The notes under the pieces are model-generated. The model ran no database searches, was not told the DNA's origin, and saw only the letters and a list, made by a program, of their open reading frames with translations. The position numbers and the translations under genes are program-made. A DNA stretch of 64,000 nt from Candidatus Hydrogenedentota bacterium (GTDB lineage Bacteria; Hydrogenedentota; Hydrogenedentia; Hydrogenedentales; SLHB01), in assembly GCA_963745075.1 (NCBI GenBank), contig CAVUWV010000036.1, positions 96,001 to 160,000 of the forward strand, read 5' to 3'. This document shows positions 17,641 through 26,951 of the stretch, piece after piece; within the stretch, counting starts at the first letter, position 1; every line of letters starts with the position of its first letter.

Positions 17641-19877
17641 GAGGTGCCCTCTTCGTTCCCATCCGCCTCGGCGGAAGGGCCGGTTGATTGCGGGTTCGGG
17701 CTGCGAATGATCAGTTCCTGGCCGACAAAAATGACACTCTGGGAAAGGTCGTTCCACTCCATAAGGTCCGCCACACTTACGCCGTGCGCCGCCGCGATCC
17801 CGGACAAGGTGTCGCCCGCGACTACTTGGTACACGGCTTCCGTCGCCGGCACTTCAACCTGCGCCTCGATTTCGGATGCCTCCGCCGGCGCGGCGGAATC
17901 CGGCTCCGTCGAGTCCGGTTGCTCCATCGATCCCGCGTCGCTTTCGGGTTCTGACACCGGTTCGGAAGGCGTATCCGCCTTGTCGGTTCCTTCTTCCAGC
18001 GCGGGCGCCGTCGCTTCCCACGGGACATCGTCTTCCGGTGCAGTGGCAGATGAGGAATCGGCCGCGCTGTCGTCCGCCCCGTTCGTCTGTTCTTCCACCG
18101 CGGCCGCCTCGTCCTTCTGGCTGCGTTCGCGAAGGACGTCCATCTTCGCGCGCAACTCTTTCTTAGTCGCGGGATCGATCCCCGGGCTCTGTACCGCATG
18201 GGTCCATTCCACCACCGCGAGCTGTTCGCACTCGCCACGTTTCGCCGGTGCTTGTGCGCGCTCGGCCAAGGCCCGGTACAACGTGCCGAGTTCCGTATAG
18301 TCCACGTCCGGGGTATGGTTGTCCTGCATCCCAACCGCCTGAAGATAGTACGATCGCGCCGAGTCGTCCTGGCCCAACTTCGCGTACGAGCGCGCGAGGA
18401 TTCGCACCGCCGGCACCGCGGCCATCGGATCCAGCAGGCGTAGCTCCGGATCGCGCAGTAGCTCGATCGCTTGCTGATACTCGCCAAGCTCGTAGTACAG
18501 CCGCCCCATCAAGGTCCGCGCTCGCGGCGCCTTTGCGTGCGTCGGGTACGCATCCAGAAATTGCTTGAACATTTCGATCGATCGCGTATACACCTGCTGG
18601 CGTTCATCCACCGACGATGGTTGCAGCAGTTGCAAGGTGAATGCCGCTGCAAACTGGGCATCCGCCCCCAACTCGCTTCCCGGGTTCCGCTTTGCAAACG
18701 CTGCGTAAGTAGCTGACGCCTGCCGGTACTCCCCTTTCGCGGCCATCGTGACCGCCTCGTTATAAAGCGCCGTGGGGTTCGATACGTTTTCGTCGTACCA
18801 CGTATACGCCTCGTAACCACCTACGGCCACGGCCGCCAGTACAATAAGTCCCGCCGCCACGCGCAACATGCGGCGGCGTGCATCCTTTCGATGTCCCGAA
18901 CGGCGGCGGCGCGTCTTGGGTCCCGTATGGCGGAGATACATCGCCTCTTCCGCCTCTTCAATCGTCGGAATCCGTACACGTTCGCCAAGCTCCTCCGGTG
19001 CGACCGGCGGCTCCACATTCAAACCGCCTGACGGCCGCGCGGGGGAGGGCTCTTCCACCGCTTCAAACGGAACGGAAGACACCGGTTCAGCCGCGGACGG
19101 ATCGAGCGTTTTCTCGACTTCCCGCAGACTGGGCTCCGGCGCTTCTTCTTCCACCGGTGAAAACTCAAACGGCGCGGCCTCTTCCAACGGCGGCGCGGCA
19201 TCAGCCGATATTTCTTCGGGGTGTTCCTCCACCGGCGCCGGCTCTTCGGGCGGCTCAACCGGGGGTTCCGGCTCCGCGGCTTCCGGGGGCGATACGGCTT
19301 CCTCCAACAAAGGCGGAGGAGGTTCCAACGGCACATCGGCCACCGGCGCCGCTTCTTCGGCGGATTCGGCGCGGGGCGTCAATTCAAACGGGGCGGATTC
19401 CTGCTCTGCCGGTGACGGCGTCCCCGCTTCGGGTCCGCGAGCTTCTTCATCTTTCGTCAATTCCGCGATCATGTCGCGGAGGTGCTCCATCGCCGCACGA
19501 TTATCCGATTCCGACGGGTATTCCTGTTCCGGTGGCGGTTCATTGTCCACCGTGGGCGCCATGGAGGAATCTACGTCAGCGACACCCTCTTCATAAAAGC
19601 TCAGCGGTTGTTCGGGATCCAGATCCCGCGTCGGCTCGGGTTCGGGTTCGGCAGGGGGTGGAGTTTCCGGTTCGGCAGGCGGCGGTGCGGTCAGCCCGCT
19701 CATTTGAATGAATTCGAGGTCGCCTCCGCGTTCCTCAGGCGAGACTCCGCTGTCAAGACGCGGATCCGCTTGGAGACCCTCCTGAATTTGTTCGTCAAAT
19801 TCATCGAACGGGGCTTGGGAGTCTTCCTCCGGTTCGCGTCCTTCCTCGTCCTCGTGATTGTCAGGATGCTTCGTCAT
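17637..19877 (-). CDS. Membrane-anchored TPR + LysM protein with long acidic/Pro-rich N-terminus
   Basis: About 320 aa E/P-rich region, Arg-rich stretch, one TM, BamD/YbgF-like TPRs, C-terminal LysM YQVVAGDTLSGIAAAHGVSVADLMEWN. Confidence 0.85.
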   Translation of the reverse strand: MTKHPDNHEDEEGREPEEDSQAPFDEFDEQIQEGLQADPRLDSGVSPEERGGDLEFIQMSGLTAPPPAEPETPPPAEPEPEPTRDLDPEQPLSFYEEGVADVDSSMAPTVDNEPPPEQEYPSESDNRAAMEHLRDMIAELTKDEEARGPEAGTPSPAEQESAPFELTPRAESAEEAAPVADVPLEPPPPLLEEAVSPPEAAEPEPPVEPPEEPAPVEEHPEEISADAAPPLEEAAPFEFSPVEEEAPEPSLREVEKTLDPSAAEPVSSVPFEAVEEPSPARPSGGLNVEPPVAPEELGERVRIPTIEEAEEAMYLRHTGPKTRRRRSGHRKDARRRMLRVAAGLIVLAAVAVGGYEAYTWYDENVSNPTALYNEAVTMAAKGEYRQASATYAAFAKRNPGSELGADAQFAAAFTLQLLQPSSVDERQQVYTRSIEMFKQFLDAYPTHAKAPRARTLMGRLYYELGEYQQAIELLRDPELRLLDPMAAVPAVRILARSYAKLGQDDSARSYYLQAVGMQDNHTPDVDYTELGTLYRALAERAQAPAKRGECEQLAVVEWTHAVQSPGIDPATKKELRAKMDVLRERSQKDEAAAVEEQTNGADDSAADSSSATAPEDDVPWEATAPALEEGTDKADTPSEPVSEPESDAGSMEQPDSTEPDSAAPAEASEIEAQVEVPATEAVYQVVAGDTLSGIAAAHGVSVADLMEWNDLSQSVIFVGQELIIRSPNPQSTGPSAEADGNEEGTS

Positions 19878-20976
19878 GGAGTTCTGTCAACAAGACCCTG
19901 TCGGGATTCGTTCGCGCAGCCTTTAACAGAAGCCGGTTCGCGCGCGACGTCGACACCGTACCCGCCCGGCGCTGGCCGGCAACGGAACCGGCCGGCCGCA
20001 GCGAGTCTTCCAGTTCAATCGGCATTTCATGGGCCGGACGCGGCGCCTTCATAAACCGGTCGGCGATTCGCGCACGCTTCTCGTCGTCCGGCAGCGTCGT
20101 CTTTTGAATCGTGTGTAATACGATAGCCTGTCCAATATGCCGCGTACGCAGTTGGCACGCCAGCAACAACGCGTTCCGGCACAAGGTCACCGTCACCCGC
20201 GGGCTGCCCTCCGCGTACGAATGAATCACTTTCACCGCGTCGTCGTCAAACTCCGGGCCCCGTTCCGAAGCCCCGGCCTGGCGCAGCCGGAAATCGATGA
20301 GGCTCCGCGTGTCCCGTTCGCTCAGCGGACCCAGCGTATACGTCATGTTTACCCGTTGCTCGAAATTGGGCGCCGCCCGCAACACGTGCATCCACTCCAA
20401 CTGAGCGAACAGGATCAGATTGATCAGTTTGTGCTGCGGCGTCTCCAGGTTCTGCACAAGACGCAACAATTCCAACTGGCCACGCTTATTCAGATTCTGC
20501 GCATCGTCGATAATAAGCGTGTTGATTCGTTCGCGTTTCGTCAACAGGTAGTGGTACAACGACTCCATGTACCCCACAAAAGACCGCGTTTCCGGCCGCA
20601 AGCCGAACTGCGTGACGATGCTCTCAAGAAGCGAAAAACTGGTCCAGGACGGAATGGGCGACGCGATCACCGCCGTGTTGTACCGGTCCGAACGGGTCCG
20701 CATCCCCGTGAGCAGCTTGCGCAACAACGTGGTCTTGCCCGTGCCGTAGCTGCCGAGCACCACCGCGATGCCGTGCCGCTCGTCGACCGTGTTCCAGAGA
20801 TGAAAAAGACACTCCCGGTGGGCGTTGGTGGCGTAATAGTACGCGGGATCCGCCGTCGCCGCGAAGGGTTGTTCGGTCAGGCCAAAGTGGTCCAGCAACG
20901 ACAATCCCGTGCGTCCCATTCCCGGCTCGTCCGGACCCCAAACGTCTTCGTTCGGCGTGGCCGCGTGTCCATTCAT
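19861..20976 (-). CDS. ExeA/GspA-family AAA ATPase (no TM or PG-binding domain)
   Basis: HFGLTEQPF..TADP, Walker A GSYGTGKTT, LIIDDAQNL, LELLRLVQNLET, FRLRQAG. Confidence 0.9.
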   Translation of the reverse strand: MNGHAATPNEDVWGPDEPGMGRTGLSLLDHFGLTEQPFAATADPAYYYATNAHRECLFHLWNTVDERHGIAVVLGSYGTGKTTLLRKLLTGMRTRSDRYNTAVIASPIPSWTSFSLLESIVTQFGLRPETRSFVGYMESLYHYLLTKRERINTLIIDDAQNLNKRGQLELLRLVQNLETPQHKLINLILFAQLEWMHVLRAAPNFEQRVNMTYTLGPLSERDTRSLIDFRLRQAGASERGPEFDDDAVKVIHSYAEGSPRVTVTLCRNALLLACQLRTRHIGQAIVLHTIQKTTLPDDEKRARIADRFMKAPRPAHEMPIELEDSLRPAGSVAGQRRAGTVSTSRANRLLLKAARTNPDRVLLTELHDEAS

Positions 20977-21233
20977 TGGTATGCCCCCGTGTCAAGTTTT
21001 GCCGGTTTACGAAACACCGCAAACCCGTCTCTGCTCCGCCGCGAGCAGCGCTCTGGGCTTGCCGCAGATGGAACCAGACGACACTGGCGAATCCGATCTC
21101 GCTCTTCTCGCGGGTGGCATTCTCCTGTACGCCCACACGCGCCGGACACGCATCCCATTACACCCGGTATATTCTACGGGTACCGCCGGCCATGCAGGTC
21201 CCATCAAGTGCGAATCCCGCTTAAGATACTGAT

Positions 21234-21262
21234 ATTCTAGCCAAGCGCTTAGAGGGTGTCAA
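21234..21262 (-). promoter_or_regulatory. Sigma70 promoter of the ExeA/secretin/Wzc operon
   Basis: TTGACA-N17-TAGAAT on minus strand. Confidence 0.7.
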
Positions 21263-21454
21263 GCGGATTTTACAATTTGTGGTATGGGTTTTTCCGGATT
21301 TATACCAAATATTGTGGTCACGCAGCCTCCGGTCGACCAGAATGGTGCACCGTTGCGGAACCCCATTGCGCCGCTTCCGGGCTTGTGTTATAAGTGAAAC
21401 AACTTCAATGAACTGGCTGAAAACCATGAACTTGAACCCAAATCGGCCCCAATT

Positions 21455-23221
21455 ATGAAGCGCGAGTTTCTTGTACTCCTCTCTGGACCGCTCCAAGGAA
21501 GCGAGCGGGACATCGTCGGGTCGTTGACGATCGGGCGCAGTCCGGAAAATGGCTTGCAACTGAACGACTTACAGGTCTCGCGCAAACACGCCGTCATCCA
21601 GCAGACGCCCGCCGGCACCATTGTCCGCGACCTCGGCAGCGGCAACGGCACATATATTGGGGATCGCCGCGTGCTTGAGTACCGCCTCTCCGACGGCGAT
21701 GTTATCCGCATCGGTCCCATGGATATGAAGTTCGAAATCCGCGTCGGCGATGCCATGACCACCCCGCGCCCCGTCCAGAGTCCGCCCGAGGGTTCCGACC
21801 CGCGCCAGAGCGTTCGGTTCCATGCCGAAGAGTCGGCCAGCAAGATCGAGGCAAACGCCGCAGATAACGTCTACCGCACCTTCTTCCAGGCCCCGCAGGA
21901 CGCCGTCAGCGCCGAGCAGTTGCGGGACGCGCAGAACCGCCTCGCCGCGGTCTACGAGGCCAACCAAATCATCTCGAGCGAGCGGGATTTACGGAAACTC
22001 TTCGAGCGCGTGATGGACCAGATCTTTGGTCTCGTCCCCGCCCACAACGGCGTTATCCTCCTCAAAGACGAGCGGACCGGCGAACTCGTAACCGAATACG
22101 TCAAGCGGGGCAACAAACAGTCGGAAGTCGCCATGAGTTCGAGTATTGTCTCACGCGCCTTCGAGAACGGCGAAGCCGTAATCACCTACAACGCCGCGAG
22201 CGATGCCCGGTTCGAGACGGGCGCCAGCATCATTGCCCAGAACATTACATCCGCCATGTGTACCCCCCTCAAGCACCAGAACGAGATCCTCGGCATCATC
22301 TACGTCGATACCCGCGGCACACAGAACGCCTTTGCCCAGCGCGATCTCGAATTGCTCGTCGCCGTCTCCGGACCCGCGGCCACCTCGATCCGCAACGCCC
22401 AGTATCTCGCCAAAATCCAAAAGGCCTACCAGGACACGCTCATCGCCCTGGCCAACGCCATCGAACTCCGCGACCACTACACGGTTGGCCACACCTGGCG
22501 CGTGACCAACTTCGCCCTCGAAATCGCCCGGACCCTCGAGTGGTCCGAAGAAAAGCTCCGCGAATGTGAAATGGGCGGCGTGCTGCACGACGTCGGCAAA
22601 ATCTCCATCGACGACGCCGTCCTGCGCAAGCCCGGCGGACTTACCGAGGACGAGTTCGCCCAGATGCGCGTCCATCCCGAACGCGGTGCCCGCATGATGC
22701 AGGACATCGAATTCCTTGTTCCCCTGATTCCTTATGCCCTCTACCACCACGAGCGGTATGACGGCAAAGGATATCCCTTTGGATTGAAAGGCGAAGAGAT
22801 CCCCTTGGAAGGACGTCTCCTCGCCGTGGCCGATACGCTGGACGCCATGACCAGCAACCGGCCGTATCGGAAAGGCCTCGATCCCGAGTTCGCCATCTCG
22901 GAGATTGAAAAGGGCAAGGGCTCCCAATTCGATCCCGTCATTGTCGACGCGTTGATCAAATGCTACCGCGACGGCAAAATCGACCGCATCCTTCAGGACT
23001 ACTACAAGAAAGACGAGAAGAGCGTCGCGTGCCCCTTCTGCAGCACCTACATCCGGTTACCGGAAAATGCCTCGGTGGACTTCGAGTTTCAGTGCGGCGT
23101 TTGCCACCGCCAAATCCGTTTGCAGCAGCAAAATGAGGCCTACTTCGGCGAGCTCGTCACTCGAAACGACTCGTCCCCGTCAAGCTCCTCCTCCTCGGAC
23201 GATTCCGAGCCCGCGGAGTAA
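21455..23221 (+). CDS. FHA-GAF-HD-GYP phosphodiesterase with C-terminal zinc ribbon
   Basis: TIGRS...VSRKHA...GSGNGT; GAF SAMCTPL; HDVGK, HHERYDGKGYP, RPYR; CPFC...CGVC. Confidence 0.92.
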   Translation: MKREFLVLLSGPLQGSERDIVGSLTIGRSPENGLQLNDLQVSRKHAVIQQTPAGTIVRDLGSGNGTYIGDRRVLEYRLSDGDVIRIGPMDMKFEIRVGDAMTTPRPVQSPPEGSDPRQSVRFHAEESASKIEANAADNVYRTFFQAPQDAVSAEQLRDAQNRLAAVYEANQIISSERDLRKLFERVMDQIFGLVPAHNGVILLKDERTGELVTEYVKRGNKQSEVAMSSSIVSRAFENGEAVITYNAASDARFETGASIIAQNITSAMCTPLKHQNEILGIIYVDTRGTQNAFAQRDLELLVAVSGPAATSIRNAQYLAKIQKAYQDTLIALANAIELRDHYTVGHTWRVTNFALEIARTLEWSEEKLRECEMGGVLHDVGKISIDDAVLRKPGGLTEDEFAQMRVHPERGARMMQDIEFLVPLIPYALYHHERYDGKGYPFGLKGEEIPLEGRLLAVADTLDAMTSNRPYRKGLDPEFAISEIEKGKGSQFDPVIVDALIKCYRDGKIDRILQDYYKKDEKSVACPFCSTYIRLPENASVDFEFQCGVCHRQIRLQQQNEAYFGELVTRNDSSPSSSSSSDDSEPAE

Positions 23222-23261
23222 TCCACATTTCTCACTGCCTCGGGTGATGGGCCCCCATCTC

Positions 23262-23305
23262 TGCAAATCTTGCACACCTGCATACCCGATCGTGCGTTTC
23301 TTGCA
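23262..23305 (+). promoter_or_regulatory. Putative enhancer-binding-protein sites (TGC-N7-GCA pair)
   Basis: TGCAAATCTTGCA and TGCGTTTCTTGCA, 31 nt apart, upstream of a sigma54 promoter. Confidence 0.5.
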
Positions 23306-23336
23306 ACATTTTCTCCGCAAAACCATGCCAAATCGC

Positions 23337-23351
23337 TGGCACGCCGATTGC
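23337..23351 (+). promoter_or_regulatory. Sigma54 -24/-12 promoter
   Basis: TGGCAC-GCCGA-TTGC consensus match, upstream of an operon encoding a sigma54 activator. Confidence 0.85.
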
Positions 23352-23449
23352 CCTTTCACTGGCGACAGTTGAGATGAAACGGAAAGGAACGGAGGCGCCT
23401 GACACTCGGGCCGGTTTCTTCGTTCTAACGTCAGAAAGGATGGTGTGTT

Positions 23450-24205
23450 ATGGTGTGGAAAACTTGGATGACAGCAGCGACGGTAGCGGGGATTGCAGCG
23501 GTAGCCCTGGTAGTGGCGCCGGCCTTGGCGCAGACAGACGATAAACCCGCAACGGCCAAGCAGGAAAACACGGCCGCCCCCCAGACGGACAAAGCCGACA
23601 CAAACACCTGGCAACCCGGTCAGGGCCGGGGACGCGGCCAGGCCAATGCCGCCGGCCGGGGACAAGGTCCACGATTTGAAGATGCGGACAAGGACGGCAT
23701 CTGCGACAATCGTCCCGTCGCCAAGGGGCGTGGCCAAGGTCGCGGCCGTCAGATGGCCGGCCCGGGCCAGGGACAGGGGCGCATGCACGCTAACGCGCAG
23801 GGTCCCGGACAGGGCCGCGGGAAAGCCATCGGCCAGGGACAAGGCCAGGGCCGTGGACGCCAGATGGCCCAAGGCGGTCAGGGTCGCGGCCGGATGCACG
23901 GTAATGCCAATGGTCCCGGCCAAGGCCGAGGCTATGGCATGGGCCAGGGTTCCGGACATGGCCAGGGCCGCGGCTATGGCATGGGCCAAGGTCCCGGACA
24001 AGGCCAGGGCCGCGGCTATGGCATGGGCCAAGGTCCCGGACAAGGCCAGGGCCGCGGCTATGGCATGGGCCAAGGTCCCGGACAAGGCCAGGGGCGCAAC
24101 AAGGCGATGATGGACTGTGGCCAGGGCCGTGGGTTCGGTAACGGCCAAGGCCGTGGCCAAGGGTATGGGTGCGGTAACGGCCAGTGCCGCTGCATAAACC
24201 GCTAG
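23450..24205 (+). CDS. Secreted Gly/Gln/Arg-rich repeat protein
   Basis: Signal peptide ending ALA; FEDADKDGICD; GQGQGRGYGMGQGP repeats; Cys-rich tail; AGGA RBS. Confidence 0.8.
   Translation: MVWKTWMTAATVAGIAAVALVVAPALAQTDDKPATAKQENTAAPQTDKADTNTWQPGQGRGRGQANAAGRGQGPRFEDADKDGICDNRPVAKGRGQGRGRQMAGPGQGQGRMHANAQGPGQGRGKAIGQGQGQGRGRQMAQGGQGRGRMHGNANGPGQGRGYGMGQGSGHGQGRGYGMGQGPGQGQGRGYGMGQGPGQGQGRGYGMGQGPGQGQGRNKAMMDCGQGRGFGNGQGRGQGYGCGNGQCRCINR
23912..24097 (+). repeat. Coding tandem repeat, 42-nt unit
   Basis: GGTCCCGGACAAGGCCAGGGCCGCGGCTATGGCATGGGCCAA units starting 23948 (variant), 23990, 24032, 24074 (partial). Confidence 0.9.
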
Positions 24206-24228
24206 GCTCGTAACATCGAAAAGCCCAC

Positions 24229-25548
24229 GTGAACGTAGTGAAGAGCCGAAGTAACCGATGGAGCATTCCGGTAGTCGCCCTCGTGGCGGCCGCCGGAATG
24301 CTCTGGCTGTTCCACGACTTTCGTGTACAAGACGCGGCCAGCACCCAGATCGCCCTGGAACGGGGAGAGGCCGTCCTCGAATCGCTCGCCGCCGGCCTTC
24401 GCGGTAACACGCGCATGGGGCGCTACCGTCCCGATTATCTCGCGGACATCTTCTCCGAGCTGGCCCAGTCCCAAAGCATCGCCGGCGTCCGCCTTACCGG
24501 CCCGTCCGGAACCGTCACCGCTCAGGGCGGCGACCAGAATTTCCCCGACCACGCCCCAGACGCGCCGCCACTCTGGCAAAGCAACTACCTGATCCTTTCG
24601 CGCGCAATGAGTTTCGAAGAGCACGGACCCGGTCTCGGCGCCGGCCGGGGTCGCATGCATGGCACCATGATGGACGCCGACAGCGTACCGTGGGGCACGG
24701 GTCAGTACGTGCTGACGGTTGCCGTCGATACGGCATGGCTCCGCACCGCACGAGATCGCGAGTTCCGGCAATTACTTCTGGCATCGATCGTTTGGCTTGG
24801 CCTCGTGTGCCCGCTCGTACTCGCCATGCTCCGCGCGCGGGAACGCCAACGGCAGCTGACCACCGATCTCCTGATCGCGGAAGAGCGGGCGCACCGGCAA
24901 GAAGAGCTGGCCCGTATCGGCGCCGGGCTCGCCCACGAAACAAAAAACCCCCTGGGCATTGTGCGGGGACTGGCGCAATCCATCCACGATACGTCCGGCC
25001 TGCCGCCGGAAACCAAGCGCATGGCCCGCGACATCGTCGACGAAGCGGACCGAACCGTGGGCCAGGTCAATTCGTTCCTGGATCTCGCACGCCCCAAGGA
25101 TCCCACGTGCATTCCGGTCGACGTCGACGCCCTCTTCGACTCCCTGGTTCCCTTGCTCCAAGCCGAGGGGTCGAACAAACAAATCGAGTTCCGCGCGGAA
25201 AAACTCGGGATGCGCATCGAGGCCGACGAAAACTTGCTCCGCCGCTGCGTGATGAACCTCGCCATCAATGCAATTCGTTCCATCGACGACAAGGGCGCGG
25301 TTACGCTGAGCGCAAGCCGCGACGGCGACGCGGTTACACTTGCGGTCTCCGACACCGGGTCCGGCATATCTTCCGAGGATCTCGCCCGTGTAAAAGAGCC
25401 CTATTTCAGCCGCTTCCAGGGCGGCACCGGTCTCGGCCTCGCCATCGTAGACCACATTGTTCGCGCCCACGGCTGGACCTTGCACATTGACTCGACGCCG
25501 GGCGCGGGGACGCGCGTGTCCATCCACGGCGTGCGTGCGGTAGGATAG
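24229..25548 (+). CDS. Sensor histidine kinase (ZraS/HydH-like)
   Basis: Two TM; AHETKNPL H-box, NLAINA, DTGSGI, GTGLGL. Confidence 0.9.
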   Translation: MNVVKSRSNRWSIPVVALVAAAGMLWLFHDFRVQDAASTQIALERGEAVLESLAAGLRGNTRMGRYRPDYLADIFSELAQSQSIAGVRLTGPSGTVTAQGGDQNFPDHAPDAPPLWQSNYLILSRAMSFEEHGPGLGAGRGRMHGTMMDADSVPWGTGQYVLTVAVDTAWLRTARDREFRQLLLASIVWLGLVCPLVLAMLRARERQRQLTTDLLIAEERAHRQEELARIGAGLAHETKNPLGIVRGLAQSIHDTSGLPPETKRMARDIVDEADRTVGQVNSFLDLARPKDPTCIPVDVDALFDSLVPLLQAEGSNKQIEFRAEKLGMRIEADENLLRRCVMNLAINAIRSIDDKGAVTLSASRDGDAVTLAVSDTGSGISSEDLARVKEPYFSRFQGGTGLGLAIVDHIVRAHGWTLHIDSTPGAGTRVSIHGVRAVG

Positions 25549-25553
25549 TTGTC

Positions 25554-26855
25554 ATGGACAATCCCTTGATTGCCGTTGTGGACGACGACCCGGCCCAACG
25601 CCAACTCCTCGCCAATGCATTGGAACGCGCTGGTTATACGGTTCGCCTGTGCGAAAACGGGAAGGAAGGCCTCGCCGCCGCGCCGGACTGCGCGCTCATG
25701 CTGCTCGACGTGCGCATGCCCGGCATGAGCGGATTGGAAGTCCTGGAACACGTCACGCGCGACCATCCCGATGTGACGGTGATTCTGCTCACCGCGTTCA
25801 TCGATGTGCGCGACGCCGTCTCCGCCATCAAAACCGGCGCCTTGGACTACCTCGAAAAGCCGGTCGATCTCGACGAACTCATCGCCGCCGTGGACGACGC
25901 GTTGGGCGCATCGGGTCGCACCGTGTCGGAGGATGGCGCGCCCGCGCTGCCGGAAGGCATTGTCGGCGAAAGTGCCGCCATGCAAACCGTCTTCTCTCAG
26001 GCGGCGCGCGTGGCCCCCGCCGACGCGAATGTATTGGTTCTGGGCGAGAGCGGAACGGGGAAGCAGGTCGTCGCGGAATTCATTCACGCCGGCAGTCCGC
26101 GCGCGGCGATGCCTTTCGTGAACGTAAACTGCGCGGCCTTGCCCGAACACCTCGTGGAAAGTGAACTGTTCGGTCACGAGAAGGGCGCGTTCACCAGCGC
26201 CGACGCGCAACACCGGGGCCGCTTCGAAGAGGCCGACGGCGGAACCATCTTCCTCGACGAGATCGGCGAATTGCCCCTCGCGTTGCAACCAAAACTGCTG
26301 CACGTCCTCGAACGCGGCATCATCCGGCGCGTCGGTGGTGGTCAAGACATCGCGGTCGACGTGCGCGTGGTCGCCGCGACGAATCGCGATCTCGAAACCG
26401 ACGTAAAAGCGAGTGCCTTTCGCGAAGATCTGTACTTTCGGCTGAACGTGTTCAGCCTGACCTTGCCCCCGCTGCGCGAACGGCGCGACGACATCCTCCC
26501 CCTTGCCGAAGGTTTCCTGCGCGATCGCAAGAAGAAACTCGCGCCTGCGACGGAACGCGCTCTTATGACCTACGATTGGCCGGGGAACGTCCGGGAACTC
26601 CGCAACGCCTTGGAACGCGCGTCCCTCATGACGGCAGGCGCGCTGATCCTCCCCACCGATCTGCCGCCCAACGTGCAGCAGGCCAAGCCCGTCGAACAAC
26701 CCGGCAGCGTGCTCGTAGGCGACATGCAAGAAATTCAGCGTCGCGCGATCCTCGAAGCCATGGAGAAAACCGGCGGGAACAAAACGCGTGCCGCGGCCCT
26801 GCTCAACATCAGCCGTCGCAACCTCATCTACAAACTGCGTGAGTATGGTTTGTAA
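25554..26855 (+). CDS. Sigma54-dependent response regulator (NtrC/ZraR family)
   Basis: [40 protein letters not shown]; Fis HTH. Confidence 0.95.
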   Translation: MDNPLIAVVDDDPAQRQLLANALERAGYTVRLCENGKEGLAAAPDCALMLLDVRMPGMSGLEVLEHVTRDHPDVTVILLTAFIDVRDAVSAIKTGALDYLEKPVDLDELIAAVDDALGASGRTVSEDGAPALPEGIVGESAAMQTVFSQAARVAPADANVLVLGESGTGKQVVAEFIHAGSPRAAMPFVNVNCAALPEHLVESELFGHEKGAFTSADAQHRGRFEEADGGTIFLDEIGELPLALQPKLLHVLERGIIRRVGGGQDIAVDVRVVAATNRDLETDVKASAFREDLYFRLNVFSLTLPPLRERRDDILPLAEGFLRDRKKKLAPATERALMTYDWPGNVRELRNALERASLMTAGALILPTDLPPNVQQAKPVEQPGSVLVGDMQEIQRRAILEAMEKTGGNKTRAAALLNISRRNLIYKLREYGL

Positions 26856-26951
26856 AGGGCCGCGCATCGTTTCATTCGCCGTATTAGCGTTCCCTGTGGT
26901 ACGATTCCGGCGAAGTTGGGCTGAGCGACTACACGATTCGGGACTGGGGTT

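Noticed and set aside
21176..21188. ops/JUMPstart-like GGCGGTA in the operon leader
   Set aside because: GGCGGTACCCGT deviates from GGCGGTAGnnTG; chance match likely at this GC content
23912..24097. Regular repeats as possible CRISPR array
   Set aside because: Head-to-tail in-frame coding repeats with no unique spacers and no cas genes
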